The notes: a model not told the origin generated them from the letters alone. Counted from the first letter of the whole stretch, positions 1 through 13,255 are shown. The stretch: 60,695 bases of DNA, filler included, from Globobulimina sp. (GCA_003354225.1; 15 parts of 15 records of this genome joined end to end with filler, not necessarily neighbours in it); one strand, 5' to 3'. A program made the numbers and translations.

Positions 1-1
1 C

Positions 2-855
2 GAAGCACGGTGGCGACAGAAATTTATCGATGACTACAAACAACAAAGCGAAGGAATGAAAACAGTCAACGACGAAAATGAAAAGCTAACCAAGACACTG
101 GATGAAATGTCACAGAAAATGGAAGAACAAAAAACTGAAAACGATTTGTTAAAAAACGAGTTACAAACATTACAATCAATACAAGCCACTGGAACCAGTA
201 CAGGCGACGAAGAGAAATTGATTGAAGCCACAGCATTATATGTAGTAAGAAGTCGGAGAAGTGAACACCGTGTAAATGAAACCTTATCGCGGGCAGAAAC
301 CGCTTTAGATATAAAAACAATGGTATTAGATCGGTACAAAACGGAGGGGATATCGGTGCCTGACGATGATAAGAGTGGCTGTCAGGAGCACGACGATGAT
401 GATTTTGATACTGAGTCATCACTGGAATCAGAGGACAAGCAACAGATTGCAAGCATAAAACGGAAAACATTGGAATTGGAGGAACGTGCTGCAATGACAA
501 AAGAGTTGACTGGTTTGACTCTCATGGAAAGAGACATAATAAAGGCAAATACTACAAAATTAAGGTATAACTTAACATAAAATTATGATGTAATTCCTGT
601 ATAGACACTGCCGTTAATTACTTGATAAGTTTGCAGAGTTCGCAAAGTTCATTGGACGTTTCATTGACTGATGGATACGGGAATGACGAGGATAATATGC
701 CAGGTTCACATAGTAATTTATTTCATTTTGCATCTGGAAGTAATTGGAATAACGATGCATTAATTAAACAGAAAAAAGAAATGGGAGCGCAGTTTGCTCA
801 TTTAGTTGAAACTCATGTTTCACACAAACTTCCTCCACAGACAAACCACGAGTGA
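2..855 (+). CDS. Coiled-coil protein, 3' part (5'-truncated, probably one intron starting at 565)
   Basis: Frame is open from base 2 with E/K/Q-rich heptads. There is a donor AG|GTATAA at 565. The downstream ORF 622-855 can be joined in frame by an acceptor at 629 or 638; the acceptor is uncertain. Confidence 0.5.
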
Positions 856-948
856 TTCATACACATCTTTAATGTCATCCTTCCATCTGATACCTTATAA
901 AGTCTACGATAAAAAACTTTTTTCTAACCGATAATTCTAAACCAAGGC

Positions 949-2094
949 ATGGGATCCGATAATTCCAAACCAGATGCTTACGCATATCCACATCAACAAT
1001 ACGAATATGATGTACAACAACAAGTCGCCAAACAACAAGCAACACACAAAGCCAAAACACATCATCATCATCAACAATGTCATAAACACGCACACCACGG
1101 TCACCACCATCATACCCATGATGTAATACAACCAAAACCAAAACCGCCACCCCCTCCACAACCACAAGTCATTCAATATGTAGCAGTGCCTCAACAAATT
1201 CAACCTCAAACTATACCACAACAACCAATACCAATACAACAAACACTTGCAAATCCAGCAACAGTTGCAACCGTCGCAGCTGCTCAAACCCAAATTGTTC
1301 GACGTGTCGTAGCTCCATCAAATGCAGTTGTTCCTACAGCAACAGGTACCGGCGTTGTAGCAACAAATCCAAATACCACAGCAACTGTACAATTACCACA
1401 ACAACAACAACAACAGTTTACACAACAAGCACTTGCACCGACAGCTGCCATTGCTGCCACTGCTGCCACTGCAGTCACAGCACAACAACATATTGAATAT
1501 AAACAGCCTCCAATTCAGGCAACACAGTATGCCGCACAGCCAATGCCTCAGTATGCGGCACAGCCAATGCCTCCGCCAATACCGCCGGGATATATTCAAA
1601 TTAAAGGTGCTGATGGAAAACAGTATATTGTACCTCGAGGGCCGCCAGGGACTATTCCTATGGTAGTTGGGGCTGCTAAAACTAAACCAAAAGTGTTGAA
1701 AGCAAAGAAAAAGTATAAAACCTGGGGTGTTCGACTGGTGCCAACCAGCGAGAGGGCAAAGAGGAAAGTGCGACATCATGAATATCAATATTCAAAAATT
1801 GTGATTGGTATTGTCTGTGATGGTGATAAGTATGATGGGTATAATAAATATGGTGGCTCCGGATATGGTGGATATGGACATAGCAATTATGGAGATTTAG
1901 ATCGTCAAAAATTTGTAACTATGAAAGTAAAAGTAACGGATAAAATTGCAATTCAACAGAATACGCAAAAACATTATTTGGAATTCTGGAAAAATGGAAA
2001 AATGTATCATCAGGTTATAGCGTTGGATATGAAAAAGAAATTTCAAATTCGTGTTGGTTCTTCAAATCATGACTATGATGTTAAATTGTATTGA
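949..2094 (+). CDS. Putatively myristoylated Q/H/P-rich protein with C-terminal SPRY/B30.2-like domain
   Basis: Starts MGSDNS (MGxxxS). Low-complexity N-half. The C-terminal beta-strand pattern KTWGVRL..KIVIGIV..VTDKIAI..LEFWKNGK resembles SPRY. Confidence 0.6.
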   Translation: MGSDNSKPDAYAYPHQQYEYDVQQQVAKQQATHKAKTHHHHQQCHKHAHHGHHHHTHDVIQPKPKPPPPPQPQVIQYVAVPQQIQPQTIPQQPIPIQQTLANPATVATVAAAQTQIVRRVVAPSNAVVPTATGTGVVATNPNTTATVQLPQQQQQQFTQQALAPTAAIAATAATAVTAQQHIEYKQPPIQATQYAAQPMPQYAAQPMPPPIPPGYIQIKGADGKQYIVPRGPPGTIPMVVGAAKTKPKVLKAKKKYKTWGVRLVPTSERAKRKVRHHEYQYSKIVIGIVCDGDKYDGYNKYGGSGYGGYGHSNYGDLDRQKFVTMKVKVTDKIAIQQNTQKHYLEFWKNGKMYHQVIALDMKKKFQIRVGSSNHDYDVKLY

Positions 2095-2212
2095 TTTTGT
2101 ATTTTTATCAATTTTATGTATTTTTATTGCTGTTGTAATTCTTGTGTTTGATATTATTAATTCCTTTAATTCAAAATCGAAAACTCTAATAATCTTTTTG
2201 CCAAACAGTAGA

Positions 2213-3915
2213 ATGTCTACATTTCAGTTGTTTGGTATTCCATTTGAACTCGGATTGTTAATATTTACTGTATCATTTGGTATTACTTTTATTATGATCC
2301 TAAAATGGAGAAACACTACAAAATCACAACTGGAATGCCGAAATATCCCATTATTTTTAATTGATGACTTTGACGCGTGTAATAAAGCAATAATTAATTT
2401 TTTATCACACAATATAAAAATAATTGGAATGGATTGTGAATGGAAACCATACTTTGATAATAAAGATGAGAATAAAAACACTGTCTCATTAATTCAATTG
2501 GCACATCACCGACAATGTTTATTGCTGAGAATACAGAAAATAATCACTGAGAATAATGGCAAAATACCATTGCAATTAATTCGATTATTATCAAACACAC
2601 AAATTATTAAAACAGGTTTAAACATAACAGGCGATGCAAAGAAATTATATCAAGATTATAACATCTCATTAAGAGGTTCGGTGGAATTAACGCATTTAAT
2701 CAAACATAAATGTTCATTTTTCAAATCAATTGACTCTTCAAAGTATAATATTTTCAGATTGGATGAGTTATCCTCATTATTATTAAAAATTAACATGCAA
2801 AAATTAAAAGAAATCACATTAAGTAACTGGGAAAACAAACAGTTAACCAATAAACAGATAAAATATGCGGCTGACGATGCTTTAATTTCCTATTTTATAT
2901 TCATTCAATGTATTTATTATCGATTGTTTGATAATGTATCAATGATCAAACACAATGAGAAATTAACAGATGATATATTATCATTTGATATCGATCAATA
3001 TTTGCTTGATAAAAATGATAATTATTTGTTACAAATTTGTGATGGAATTACAGATGTTAAAGTCATCAAATTAGAACAAAAAATTGATAGAAAAAAGATA
3101 TTTAAACAGAATGCAAATGCTGATAAATATGATAATTATACAGCACAGCAACAACGACTGTTACTCAGGGAAGAAAGAAAAAAGAAATACAGAGAACGGG
3201 CATCACGTTCAAAACCTTTGTATGAGAACTGCCGTTTATTGGATATAAATGGACATTTGATCGCAAATTGCTCCACAAAAACACTTAATGTATAGCTATA
3301 TTGTCACAATTTTAAATGCAATATGCAAATATATGTTGTTTGTGTTGTTTTTTAAAGTGGTATTTAAAAAAGGATTTGGCAGAAAAAGTTGATGAAAGTA
3401 CTGTAAAATTAAAGTTCAAAGCAAGGAATGACCGGACTTCAGCTGATAAATTTTATCAAACCTCGAAAAAGAATGAATGTGTCGTTTGTGGCGTAGCCGA
3501 GTGTCTGATTAGATATTATGTGGTGCCGCAATGTTATCGGAAACATTTCCCGGTTGCAATTAAAGCGCATTCATCTCACGATATTGTGTTATTATGTCAT
3601 GATTGCCATCAGCTGGCAGCCATAAATGAGGATATATTAAGAAATAAATTGTGTAAAATGTATAAAATCGATGAATGGAATAAACCAATTGATATTAATA
3701 AGACATTGATAAAAATATCGAAAGCAGCAAATACATATTTAAAATGTGGTGATATGTTACCAATAAAAAGAAAGAATGAGATATTGGATGTAATTTGTAA
3801 TTATTTTAATTTAAAGTCCTATGATGAAGTAAATGATGAAATATTAAGAAATGCTGTTGGATTGATACCGAATAATAAGGAAAGGAATCAATTAAAACAG
3901 AGAGTTCTTTTTTAA
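2213..3915 (+). CDS. EXD2: EXD2-like 3'-5' exonuclease (WRN-type DEDDy domain + HNH-like zinc domain), intron 3290-3357
   Basis: N-terminal TM helix, IIGMDCEW (ExoI) and YAADDA (ExoIII). Motifs RSKPLYENC, KNECVVCG, VPQCYRKHFP and HSSHDIVLLCHDCH match EXD2. A 68-nt phase-0 GT-AG intron gives LN|WYL. The C-terminus may continue beyond the contig. Confidence 0.9.
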
Positions 3916-3961
3916 ACTCGCTCAGCAGCTCTTTTATTCTTATTGATTGAAGTTCATTCTC

Positions 3962-4061
3962 NNNNNNNNNNNNNNNNNNNNNNNNNNNNNNNNNNNNNNN
4001 NNNNNTTAATTAATTAANNNNNNNNNNNNNNNNNNNNNNNNNNNNNNNNNNNNNNNNNNNN
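3962..4061. other. Artificial contig spacer N44-TTAATTAATTAA-N44 (first of 14)
   Basis: The identical 100-bp spacer recurs at 8022-8121, 12081-12180, 16138-16237, 20194-20293, 24247-24346, 28300-28399, 32352-32451, 36403-36502, 40454-40553, 44503-44602, 48552-48651, 52601-52700 and 56649-56748. Flanking contig lengths never increase (3961 down to 3947). Confidence 0.99.
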
Positions 4062-4161
4062 TTCTGAAGATCATGTACAAAATTCGTTTCTGAAAATCAT
4101 GTACAAAATTCGTTTCTGAAATTCATGTACAAAATTCGTTTCTGAAAATCATGTACAAAAT
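4062..4161. repeat. 26-bp tandem repeat, about 4 copies (TTCTGAAAATCATGTACAAAATTCGT)
   Basis: Read directly at the contig start. Units are adjacent with single-base variants and no spacers. Confidence 0.9.
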
Positions 4162-4314
4162 ATTCGATAAAAAAAAATGTTAAAAAAAAGTAGTACTAGT
4201 ACTACTAGTACTAGTACTACTCATAAAAAAAATCTCAAAATTTTGAAATCACTGGTATGAGGGTCTATCGACCCAACCACTGGCAATGATACCATATACA
4301 CACAAAAACCGACA

Positions 4315-5144
4315 ATGTCGCCCACCACACAAACACTCACTGTCTCACCTTCAAATAATCCCTCCAAATATCCAACAGAGTCACCATCAAAAGCACCCAA
4401 CAAAAAGTCATCAAAAATACCGACAACATCACGTACCTACGTAAATACCGACAGCTGCGCCATTGCATCCATCTGTGGCTCAGAGCTATGTTCCAAGCAA
4501 TATGGCGGTGTTGGCTCCTACAAAGATCCCGAGCGAGTTTCCAAGTGTTTGGCCAACACAACATCTGCATGACAATGGCTGTGAGGTTAACGGCGTGGAA
4601 ACAACCTATGGCGAATATGGTGGCGCAGATAGTGAAAAACAAGAAAGTGTCGCAATCGGTGGAAGATCGCTATCGGATGCATGCGGAATGAATGCATGCA
4701 GAATGAATCGGTGGAAAAAGTGTCGCAATGAATGTCAACAAAGAGATGCATGCGGATTTTTGGAGCAATCCAAGCCATAAACAAGTCGTATCTATGAGTG
4801 GTGTGGGAGGGGATATTTTCGATGAAAGCATCACCGGCACTGTGGAGATGAGTGATTTATATAATTATAAAACTAAAGGGATTGGGGATGGTGAGTTTGA
4901 AGTGGTGGCCGTGGATGATATATGTACAACAAATGGAGATGAGGAGAATGGACAGCATCTGGATGTGGTGGGTGATATTGGGAGGATATTGGTAATATGG
5001 TAACAGTGGGGTATGGTGATGGGGATCGATGGAGATGCAAATGAGGATTATGATGATGTAATTGGTTATGATTTAGCACATGAAATGTTAACACTTGGTG
5101 GTGATGAGAATGTTTTTATGGATGAAGAGGATGAGAATTTGTAA
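4315..5144 (+). pseudogene. Disrupted gene: PT/S-rich stalk followed by an acidic D/E/G tail, with several frame breaks
   Basis: PSNNPSKYPTESPSKAP repeats come first. The acidic tail (DIGNMVTVGYGDG, IDGDANEDYDDVIG...DEEDENL*) reads through only with frameshifts at G-runs near 4980 and 5021. Confidence 0.45.
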
Positions 5145-5459
5145 AAAATGTTGCTTTTTTTATTGTTGTTTAATAAATCATTTTATACGCGTTTGTTAAA
5201 TTATATATATGTATCCTTGTACAATGTAGGTTGTTCCTGGAATTATAGTAACAATCTTAATTAGTTTTAACTTAGGGAAGGGAGTAATTTTTATAATCTC
5301 AATCATTCACAGACCACACACAATAAAACTTGAAATCAGAAATATTAAACAAAACAACACAACACAAAATAAACACAACACGGTAAAAATACTGTACATT
5401 TGTATATGAACAGATACATTTTACTGTACATTCCAACAAAACAACAACAATATTTTCAA

Positions 5460-6806
5460 TCAATCATCAACATCATCACTATCCACTGCATCACTCTCTG
5501 TCCCGGTCCGTATACTCGAACTGCCGCTGCTGCTCTCCTCCAAATCCTCCTCCTCCACTCCAACATTACCCACATCCGCATTGCCCTGCACATTCTGCAC
5601 TGCATTCTGCTCACAGTTATCACCATTGCTTTGCGGGTCAGTCATCGCCCGATTTCTGCCATAACCATGTTGCTGTTGATAACTATTTGCTGCATTCTGT
5701 GCAATCTGTGCACCAAAATGTGTATATGCGCCTGGAAACTGTTGCTGATAATTATTCTGCGCCGTGTTCCCAGTCAAATTGCGAACAGATTGGGCTCTCC
5801 GCGCCTGCATCATTCTGTGCTGTGCATTGATATTCATATTCATATTCTGCTGCTGTGCCTGCTGAGCATTGATAGTCTGCGGTTGGGCCGTATTCCCAGT
5901 CAAATTTCGAACGGATTGAGCTCTCCGCGCTTGCATCATTATGTGCTGTGCGTTGATATTTCGCTGTTGTGGCTGCTGCGGAGTGGCAAAATTGACATTG
6001 CGTTGCGAAGAAAACATCGCCCGATTCATGGTCGGCGGCGCTGCAACATTCTGCATCCTGTTGTTGTTAGGTTGGATGTTCAGATTTGGTGAGGAAGCAA
6101 TTCTCGTTCGAGCAAAAGCAGCGCGTTGTTCTTGGAGATAGATATTTTGCTGAACAGTGTTTGAAGCAACAGCATTATTTGCAGCTGCAGTCGAAGCCGG
6201 ATTCGCTGTTAAATTGCGTTGCGAAACACTGCTATTTAGGAATTGGATGAAATTCTTGCTCGCTGCGGAAGACTGCGCTGTTTTATCCGTGCTTTGTGTG
6301 TGTTGGTTGTTGGAGTGTGAGTGGCTGAGATTATTTTGTTGTAGATTTGGAGCGTAATTTGGAAAGCTGTGCTGTGCAGAAAGTATTTGGCGATTTGGAA
6401 TATGTTTCGGTTTGTCGATGATGTCAAAGCTTACTTTTTTTATATTGAGCGCTGGTTTGGTGATGTTGCTAGTCGTTGTTTTTGGTGTTGGTGTTGCAGA
6501 TTTAATTTGGTTGTGGGTTTCGGAGACTTTGTCTGTTGGATGCTCGATGTCGATGTTTGCTGCGATGGTTTTGATGCCAAATGAGATTTTATTTTTGGCT
6601 TTTTTGTGTTTGCAATGAAGGTATAATATCGCAGCACATATCATTAGTACTATGATGGTGGAGAGAATGCCGATTATTACATATAAAAGAGTCTCCTCGC
6701 TATTTGTTGGCGTGGATGTTGTGCTAGATGTTGATTGCGGTGTTGTTAAACGTATATTGATGCAAATACAGGCAATTGTTGACAGAAGAGATGAAAACGA
6801 ATGCAT
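5460..6806 (-). CDS. Single-pass membrane protein with Q/N-rich cytoplasmic tail
   Basis: 448-aa ORF. TM helix LLYVIIGILSTIIVLMICAAILYL is followed by basic residues. Contains an internal 25-aa duplication and an acidic C-terminus. Confidence 0.7.
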   Translation of the reverse strand: MHSFSSLLSTIACICINIRLTTPQSTSSTTSTPTNSEETLLYVIIGILSTIIVLMICAAILYLHCKHKKAKNKISFGIKTIAANIDIEHPTDKVSETHNQIKSATPTPKTTTSNITKPALNIKKVSFDIIDKPKHIPNRQILSAQHSFPNYAPNLQQNNLSHSHSNNQHTQSTDKTAQSSAASKNFIQFLNSSVSQRNLTANPASTAAANNAVASNTVQQNIYLQEQRAAFARTRIASSPNLNIQPNNNRMQNVAAPPTMNRAMFSSQRNVNFATPQQPQQRNINAQHIMMQARRAQSVRNLTGNTAQPQTINAQQAQQQNMNMNINAQHRMMQARRAQSVRNLTGNTAQNNYQQQFPGAYTHFGAQIAQNAANSYQQQHGYGRNRAMTDPQSNGDNCEQNAVQNVQGNADVGNVGVEEEDLEESSSGSSSIRTGTESDAVDSDDVDD

Positions 6807-7299
6807 TATGTTAAGCTGTCAAAAAAAGTTTTTCATCGAAATTAATGTTTATTAACATTTATCTTTACACTCAAAAAAAGGTGCTATTATATTTACACAT
6901 ATTCCTATTTTTCTATTACATATTATTTAATAAATTGTATTTCAATGAATTACCTCTCAAAAACATCAATAATGCTCCATAACAAAACGTCTGTTGATGT
7001 CCAAAACAATGAGAAAAAACAAGACAACAATAACCGGCGCGTAAGAAAAAAGAATAAAACATCAACAATTCATTACTGATCTGTTTGAGTGATAATACAA
7101 AGCACAAAACACAAAAAAACATAGCACAAAAAGTAGTTAAACAATAAATAAATACGAGCACATTACAAAAACACACGATAAAAAACACTCGTTTTTTGTA
7201 AGAGTTTGAAGGAAAAACAATACGCAACAAATACAGTAATAATAAATAAATAATAATAATAATAAAAACATCCCGCTATACATGGTATTTTATAGTTAT

Positions 7300-7713
7300 T
7301 TAATATATGATCGGACTGTTAAGGCATGAAAAATCGTCGCCAACTAAACCATCAATAAAATGGTAACTTTTCTCATTTGCAGCATGATCGTTGGCCGATT
7401 TCTGTTGGATGTCCTTGAGCTTCCTTTTACTTTTGTATTTTTTGTATATTTTATGACGTTGACCGTGGTGCGATTTTGTTATACTTTTCTGTGACTTATT
7501 AGTGCTAGAAAAGGGATTATTTTTTCTATGCCGGACATAATTATTATTATTATTATTATTGTCACCATCGACGTTGTTAAACCATTCATTATCGGATGGA
7601 TTTCCGCAGTATGAATCTAATGATTGTTGCGGCGAAATAGAATCATAGCTTTTTGGATATCTTTTGATAAAATATGGCTTTGGTCCACCTGTTGGCACAT
7701 AAAAACAATTCAT
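7300..7713 (-). CDS. Hypothetical N/K-rich protein (probably last exon)
   Basis: 137-aa ORF with coding-like composition; no recognisable domain. Confidence 0.4.
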   Translation of the reverse strand: MNCFYVPTGGPKPYFIKRYPKSYDSISPQQSLDSYCGNPSDNEWFNNVDGDNNNNNNNYVRHRKNNPFSSTNKSQKSITKSHHGQRHKIYKKYKSKRKLKDIQQKSANDHAANEKSYHFIDGLVGDDFSCLNSPIIY

Positions 7714-8121
7714 TTTATTGCTATCATTTACAAACTAAACAACGTTGAAATTAACGGCGTTTTGCATAAAAACATTTGAATTTTGAAGGTGAACACTGTT
7801 TTTCTACATTATTTTGGTTGATTATTGTTTGTAATTTGCAGTGCAAATGGATTTGGTGATAAATGTGCCTTCAATTTGTACTTTGATTATATATCAAATG
7901 TACATTTATTCCATAATTAAGTACAAATCATTCAAAATATAATAAACCAAATATGATAAAAAAACAGATTTATGCAAAAAGCCACAGAAAAACGTTACGA
8001 AATTATGTTATTTGGGTAACGNNNNNNNNNNNNNNNNNNNNNNNNNNNNNNNNNNNNNNNNNNNNTTAATTAATTAANNNNNNNNNNNNNNNNNNNNNNN
8101 NNNNNNNNNNNNNNNNNNNNN

Positions 8122-11100
8122 TGTTGCTGTTGCTGTTGCTGTTGCTGTTGGGCCGCAGCATTACGTATTAAATTAATTTGATTCATTTGATTTATTTGCT
8201 GTTGCGCCGCCGCAATCTGTTGCCTCTGCAATAGTGCCGCAGCAGCCATTGGGTTAAGTGTACTTTGTATAATCCTCGGCGCCGTATGTCCAATATGATG
8301 AGTCGCTAAATGTTGAGTAGAATGAGTATGAGTATGAGAAGAATGTGATGAATTATTGTTATTTTTATTTAATAAAGAACCTGTTGATGGTAATATTATC
8401 GTATTACTACGATATTGATGTGTCGCGGCAGCATTTGGCACTGGGACATGTATCGTGGTTTGCTTATTATTATTCATATTGTTGTGACTGTGACTGTGAT
8501 TATTATTCATTATCACTTTATTGTTTGCCGTTGGCGTATTGGCAGTGATCATATTGGGATCATTTTGAAAATCATCCACATGGATAGATGGCGCTCGACC
8601 GCCCGTATAATTATTTGAGCGAAACCTATCCGTCCCACTCATTCTCATTTGTTGCTGCTTATTCATATTCATATTATTATGCATATTCATATTATTGTTT
8701 AATTTTATATTATTATTATTTGAGGTGATAGGAACGGCATTGAATATGGAAGATATCCCTTGCACCATTTCCATATACACAGAGGGCGGATATACTGAAA
8801 AATCATAATTTGTGGAATAGGAACATAGCCGAATAATGGATAACATATTGCCATGCCACCAATTCGTAGTCGACTCTGCAAATAATTTATACCACACACT
8901 ATCCGCACAAAAATATTTCCGATTCTTATTGTATTTACTAAACCGACCATTGGCATATATCTCCGTTAACAATTCATCCGCGCTCAAATTGTTATGATTT
9001 AATAATATTTCTTCTTTAATGTTGTGTTTATTTTCAAGTACGACATGGTTTGCAGGTATCTCCGCTTTCACTTTCTTTTTAATGTTGCAGTCATTATCTA
9101 ATACAATATCGACATCCCTGTCGTCGCCATCCTCTTCCTCCTCGTTATTCACATGCGGGACGGACTGGTTTTGCATAAATATATCATTACAATATTGTAT
9201 CTCATAAATAATATGATTGAAACCAATCTCATTCAACTTAGTCAACACATTCATGATTGGTTCAAACTGTGTACTGAACAAAGTATTCCATTCGATATAT
9301 TTCTGCACATTTTCCACATATTTTCTTTCATTTTGGTTCAACTTATTAATATGTTTGCAAATCATTGAAATGAACCACGTCAAAATAATTAAACATTGCA
9401 ACTTTTCAGAAACATGCAAATTAAAATTATGCGAACTATTGGTATTCGCATACGATTTTAAAAAGGATAACGATGACATTAATATCGTTTGAATTAACTG
9501 CAGCGGGAAATATTTAATCACGATATTAATATTAATATTCGGCAACGATGCAATTCTGCCATAAATAACAAAACAGCACATCCAAAATCGCCATTGGAAC
9601 TCAGTGATAACAGTGGCGCAATTGGACGTAAATTGCGCTGCGGATAACACCGTGTTCAAATGAGATAATATAATGCCAATATCGTCGGAAGAGGGCAAAT
9701 AATAATCGCCATTCAACGCATTCCCGCCCGATATGTTATACGGGATATATGTCAATGCGCATTGTAAGATATCAGTCACTGCCACTACTAAACCACTGTC
9801 ATTCTGCGAGATGTATTGAAACAATTTGGTTAATAATCCATCCGTTTTTAAATATAAAATCCGCACAATGCGTGGATCTAAAATCCAGCAATTACAGTCT
9901 AAAAAATATTTCCTCCGCTCCGTAATTATGATCCTTTCTTCTTCTGCTTCTTTAGCTATTTTCCTATTTTTGTCTTTATCTCTATCTCTGTCCTTATATT
10001 TGGAGGAATGTTTGCTGTCTCGTTTGTGTTTCCTGCCATGTCTGCTGCGACTACGTGAATGGGAATGAGAGTGCGAATGTGAGTGCGAATGGTGGGAGGA
10101 TCGATGGTGACGGTGGTGCCGACGATGTCGCTTATTGTCAATGGGGCTGCGTGTACGGGATCGACCATTATGGCTGGAACCGTGGTGTTTTTTGTTACTG
10201 TTATTGTCATTTATGTTTGCTTGGCACTGTAATGTGATTTTATTAATTTCCTTTAATAGCTGATTGATTGGCGTAGTATCAATTTTGTGTTTATATTTGC
10301 TGCAATTGATGTACGTGGAGAGAATCGAGGGTGATACCAATGTAATACACCAGGCATCGCGAAGCATCCATGACAAACATTTGCATAATCGAATCAATTG
10401 CCACTTAGAGCTGGCCACCGCAGCGGTATTATTCATATCGGATTCCTGGCTTTTCCCTAAAAACTGACTGAAGATCATCTCAATAAATGGATTTAACACA
10501 CATTTGGCAATGTTGATATCCATTTGCGATAATTGTATATAGACACAAGGCAATATTTCATGGATGGAAAAGTCTGACGACAGTGCTAAATTCTTCATAC
10601 ATACTCTCAAAATCCGCTGTGCGCTGTTCTGTGTCAGGCGGTCGATCCAATATTGCTTCAATCCCAACACATTGACATGGATTAAACACTGATGCAACGT
10701 TACTAGATTTATATTAAATAGCTGCGGCTCATAGGCCAGCGTTTGCAGAAAGGCTTCAATTTCAAATTTCTCCCCATATAATAATGAATCATCAATGCCA
10801 TCCTCGCAGATATCATGACTTTTGTTCTGATTCTGGTTGTAATTATTGGTCGGCGGACACAGCGTAAATGCAAATATGCCAGCAATGGACTCATGAATTA
10901 ATTGTAATGCCGGATTGGGAGGCAATTGAATGTAATCATTTGTATATTCCCTGCTGCAGTCAACAAAGGACAGCGAGGACATATGGAACGGATCAATAAT
11001 GTGTGTAAAATAGTGATTATTGCGGGTAAAACTGCCCATGTCATGCGGCAAGATACGCGAAGCTAAAACGCGTTGTACTTCAAACAAATCAGCACAGATA

Positions 11101-12080
11101 TTGTATGGGTATGAAAAGGCATTGTTGACATACAACTCATTGAGATAAATATACGTTAAATGTAACGTATTGCCTAATAATTTCAATATTAATTCGAACC
11201 GTTCGTCCTCCGCTGCATTTTCATTCTTGTTGAAAAATGCTATAAAGGTACGCAGAATGATAGGCACCATATTGATAAACGACTCGCTGACTAATAATTC
11301 AATGATAGCAGGACAGGAGGCACACGCTATGAATATGGATAAGATGCTGTTGATAGAATAGAGGATGGACTTATTCTCAATATCAATTTTGTTATTTGCT
11401 GGTAAGCGTAAATGGAAAAACTCCAAATCAATGTCGTAATCGCCGCCGGTTTCAGCGGGTTCAAAGCCAATCAAAGTGGCAAATACTTTCAATATCGATT
11501 TGAATCCATGCTCTCGTAACTTGACCACTGACTGTAACATACCCACAACACACTGCAAATCATTGGCTAAGGTCTCGTTAAATGAGGGCATTCTCGGAGG
11601 CCGCGTGTATTCTTCGTCTTCATTGTTGCTGCGGTTATGTGTGTTGGTTATGGTATGGTCCTTTTCCTGCAAACTTTTGTTCATTTCTTGCTTAGATTTG
11701 ATGATTTTGGGCTGCACCGCTTGGTACATAGTGACAAAGTCAGTCAATAATTGCTGGAAGAAATCAAAATATAACGGATTTAGTACAATGTGGCTGAAGT
11801 ATTGCGACTTGAATAAGTATAGTAATAATTTAATGCCATAACCTGTGAAACCGGACGGATTTATAACACTTCGGTCCTGCGGGTTGAATGCCAGCCATAT
11901 CAATTCGCAGATGTTTACGAATGACTTTGTATGGAATAGTCCAAACGCGATCGATTCCATATTCTCGGAGTAATTGGTCAATAAATCTAAGACGTATAAG
12001 GCTTTCAACTGTTTGGCGGATTCTTTTGCGGAATGGCGAATGTGATGAAGTAATACCAATATCTGCAATTGTCGGCAGAT
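8122..12080 (-). CDS. Virilizer/VIRMA-like m6A-writer-complex scaffold, partial at both ends
   Basis: ORF of >1300 aa spanning the contig with a helical-repeat character. Late motif DRFRSNNYTGGRAPSIHVDDF matches the virilizer C-terminal FR..NTSRPPSxHVDDF signature. Includes an RS/H-rich insert. Confidence 0.7.
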
Positions 12081-13255
12081 NNNNNNNNNNNNNNNNNNNN
12101 NNNNNNNNNNNNNNNNNNNNNNNNTTAATTAATTAANNNNNNNNNNNNNNNNNNNNNNNNNNNNNNNNNNNNNNNNNNNNATCATACAATCGAACATGTA
12201 TAAATACTGCTTCTTTATATCATTCATAAACTCATGGGGTATAATATTTCCATATCTAAACTTTGCATATGTTGATCGCAAAGTGAAAGCGGTAACTAGT
12301 GTTCTCGTTCAATCATGGACCAACTTACTGAAACTTAGTGGAAATGAAAACTGATTCCTAACATCGGTATACAACAAAAAATCACGATTAGTGTATTTGG
12401 TTTATGGACGTTGCCACATAGCAGTAAGACTAAAACCGCAACATTGCGGCGCCACATCTGCGGCGTCACACTTTTCCAATTTTTGTTCCGTCGCACATTT
12501 TCATTTTAGGTGGTGTCGCCACGTACATATTTAATGAAAAAATACGACGCCACATGTACAAAAACCAAAAGTTATTTATTATAAAATAATTAACATATAA
12601 ATAATCAAAATATACATCACATTTCCATAAATAGACAATTCAATTTGTGAAAATTTGACAAATAACATCATACGTACAAATCCTTAGGAATTGAATGGTT
12701 TACATAACGAAATTTAATGTTTATTTTTTATTCTTGAATATGTTCATAAAATGAATCAATTAAAATCACGAGTTTGATGATACTGCGGTTTGTTTGGTAT
12801 CGCGACCCGATTAAAATCTGTACATTGCGTATTATAATTATAATTATAATTCTTTGGTGTAATCGACTTATTATAGTTATAATTATCGACTTCATAATGT
12901 AATTTTAATAATGTTTCTTCAAATTGCTTTTTACAAATTGCATATTGCACATTCACTAATTTTAACAGTTTTGCGCGAATTTCCGTTGTTTTTTTTTCAA
13001 TATACACTTTAGAATTTGCACACGTAATCTATTTATTTCGTTATTTTATATTATTGGACGGAGATGTTTATATTTCTAGTATACAATTTTTTAACTTTTA
13101 AACCAGTCTCGTTTTCAATTATAAATCTAGAATAAATTTGTGCTGGAATTAAAAATAATGGTTTTGAGTTTGCAATGCTTATCATTGCTTGAAACAATTC
13201 AGTTAAAATCTGTGCATGTCACAAAATAATTAACTTATTTGCTAAAACAATGAAC

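Noticed and set aside
4062-4161. Possible CRISPR array
   Set aside because: Units are directly adjacent without unique spacers, the context is eukaryotic, and no cas genes are present.
12410-12556. Cluster of CGCCACAT-like motifs with short inverted pairing
   Set aside because: Too short and degenerate to call an element or ncRNA.
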